A stretch of DNA of 64,000 bases, taken from NCBI GenBank assembly GCA_963706325.1, contig CAVPLT010000001.1, forward strand, positions 128,001 through 192,000, given 5' to 3'. The stretch comes from an uncultured Nitrospiraceae bacterium (GTDB lineage Bacteria; Nitrospirota; Nitrospiria; Nitrospirales; Nitrospiraceae). The notes under the pieces were generated by a model. That model was not told the DNA's origin. It was given only the letters and a program-made list of their open reading frames with translations, and did not search any database. Both the position numbers and the translations under genes were made by a program. This document shows positions 63,297 through 64,000 of the stretch, one piece after another. The stretch's first letter is position 1. Each line of letters opens with the position of its first letter.

Positions 63297-64000
63297 TCAT
63301 GAGGCCTGCGGATCGCGAGGCAACCCGTAGGCGTCGCGTACGATCTGGATTGGATGCTGCGACGCCTTCCCTCCGACATGCGTCATGGCGCCAGCTTGAT
63401 CGAGCTGCAGCCCAGCCAAGGGGCAATCGGACGCCACCAGGTCGGCGGGAGACTGTTCGACCACGCGCACCGCTTTCTGCGCAATCTTCATAGAGAGAGG
63501 GAAAAACTCTGTCTTGGCCGACCAGGATCCGTCATGCCCGGAGCACTTTTCTATCACCTCAACCTGAGCCCCGGCGCATTCCATCAATTCCTTCGATTTA
63601 AAACCGATGTTTTGGTCTCGCAAGTGACAAGGTACTTGGTAAGCCACCCGTCCAGGCCTCTGAGTAAACTCCATGGACAGACCCCCATCGCGCTTGAGTT
63701 TCATCAGATACTCGCAGACATCGTAGGTATGCTCCGCCACCCGCTTCGCCTCATCTCCGGGCACTAGATTCAGATATTCACGCTTCACCATCAGACTGCA
63801 ACTGGGAGCGGGGATCACAACATCATATCCCTGATCGACCCAGGATTTCAGTGAAGTGATATTCCGCTGTGCCGCCGACACCATGGCCGCGGTGTCTCCG
63901 ATATCGAAGGAGGGCATCCCACAGCAGGATTGGTCCGGTACCACCACCTGCACTCCGTTTTTTTCGAGCACCTGTACGGTCGCTTTGCCGACGTCTGTCA
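63297..64000 (-). CDS. Fe-S oxidoreductase with CCG domains (GlpC/Hdr-like), 5'-partial at the window edge
   Basis: CCGMP, PSC, PCH, CSGHDG, SDCP and HPI. Confidence 0.9.
   Translation of the reverse strand, partial: TDVGKATVQVLEKNGVQVVVPDQSCCGMPSFDIGDTAAMVSAAQRNITSLKSWVDQGYDVVIPAPSCSLMVKREYLNLVPGDEAKRVAEHTYDVCEYLMKLKRDGGLSMEFTQRPGRVAYQVPCHLRDQNIGFKSKELMECAGAQVEVIEKCSGHDGSWSAKTEFFPLSMKIAQKAVRVVEQSPADLVASDCPLAGLQLDQAGAMTHVGGKASQHPIQIVRDAYGLPRDPQAS

Noticed and set aside
36000..64000. Many antisense and alternate-frame ORFs over housekeeping genes (e.g. 37442-38119, 42597-43223, 54489-55130)
   Set aside because: Shadow ORFs expected from GC-rich codon usage; no motifs or RBS

Overview
A 64-kb bacterial chromosome segment; the gene families and order suggest a Nitrospira-like organism (inference, not a database result). 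It has two halves. The left half (1-~34200) is an accessory region abutting the 3' end of a tRNA-Glu(CTC) gene. It is crowded with signalling genes (histidine kinases, receivers, Crp, LuxR), general-stress genes (tal/zwf, CsbD, YtxH) and an intact ars operon with two ATCAA-N6-TTGAT operators. It also holds a PilZ-EamA fusion, a PHM/DBH-like copper monooxygenase candidate and about ten broken genes (frameshifts, nonsense codons, deletion junctions). The right half (~36000-64000) is intact housekeeping DNA: glnS, an ABC-F ATPase, two tRNA-Gln genes, gltX, a complete ISC operon with a divergent ferredoxin, PBP1A, typA (preceded by an attenuator-like terminator) and peroxiredoxin/thioredoxin. It also carries an orphan ZorA/ZorB-like MotAB pair with no Zorya effectors, a tandem PTPS and a DUF3501/Fe-S module. 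I saw no CRISPR array, rRNA, integrase or transposase. All family calls come from motif recognition by eye.
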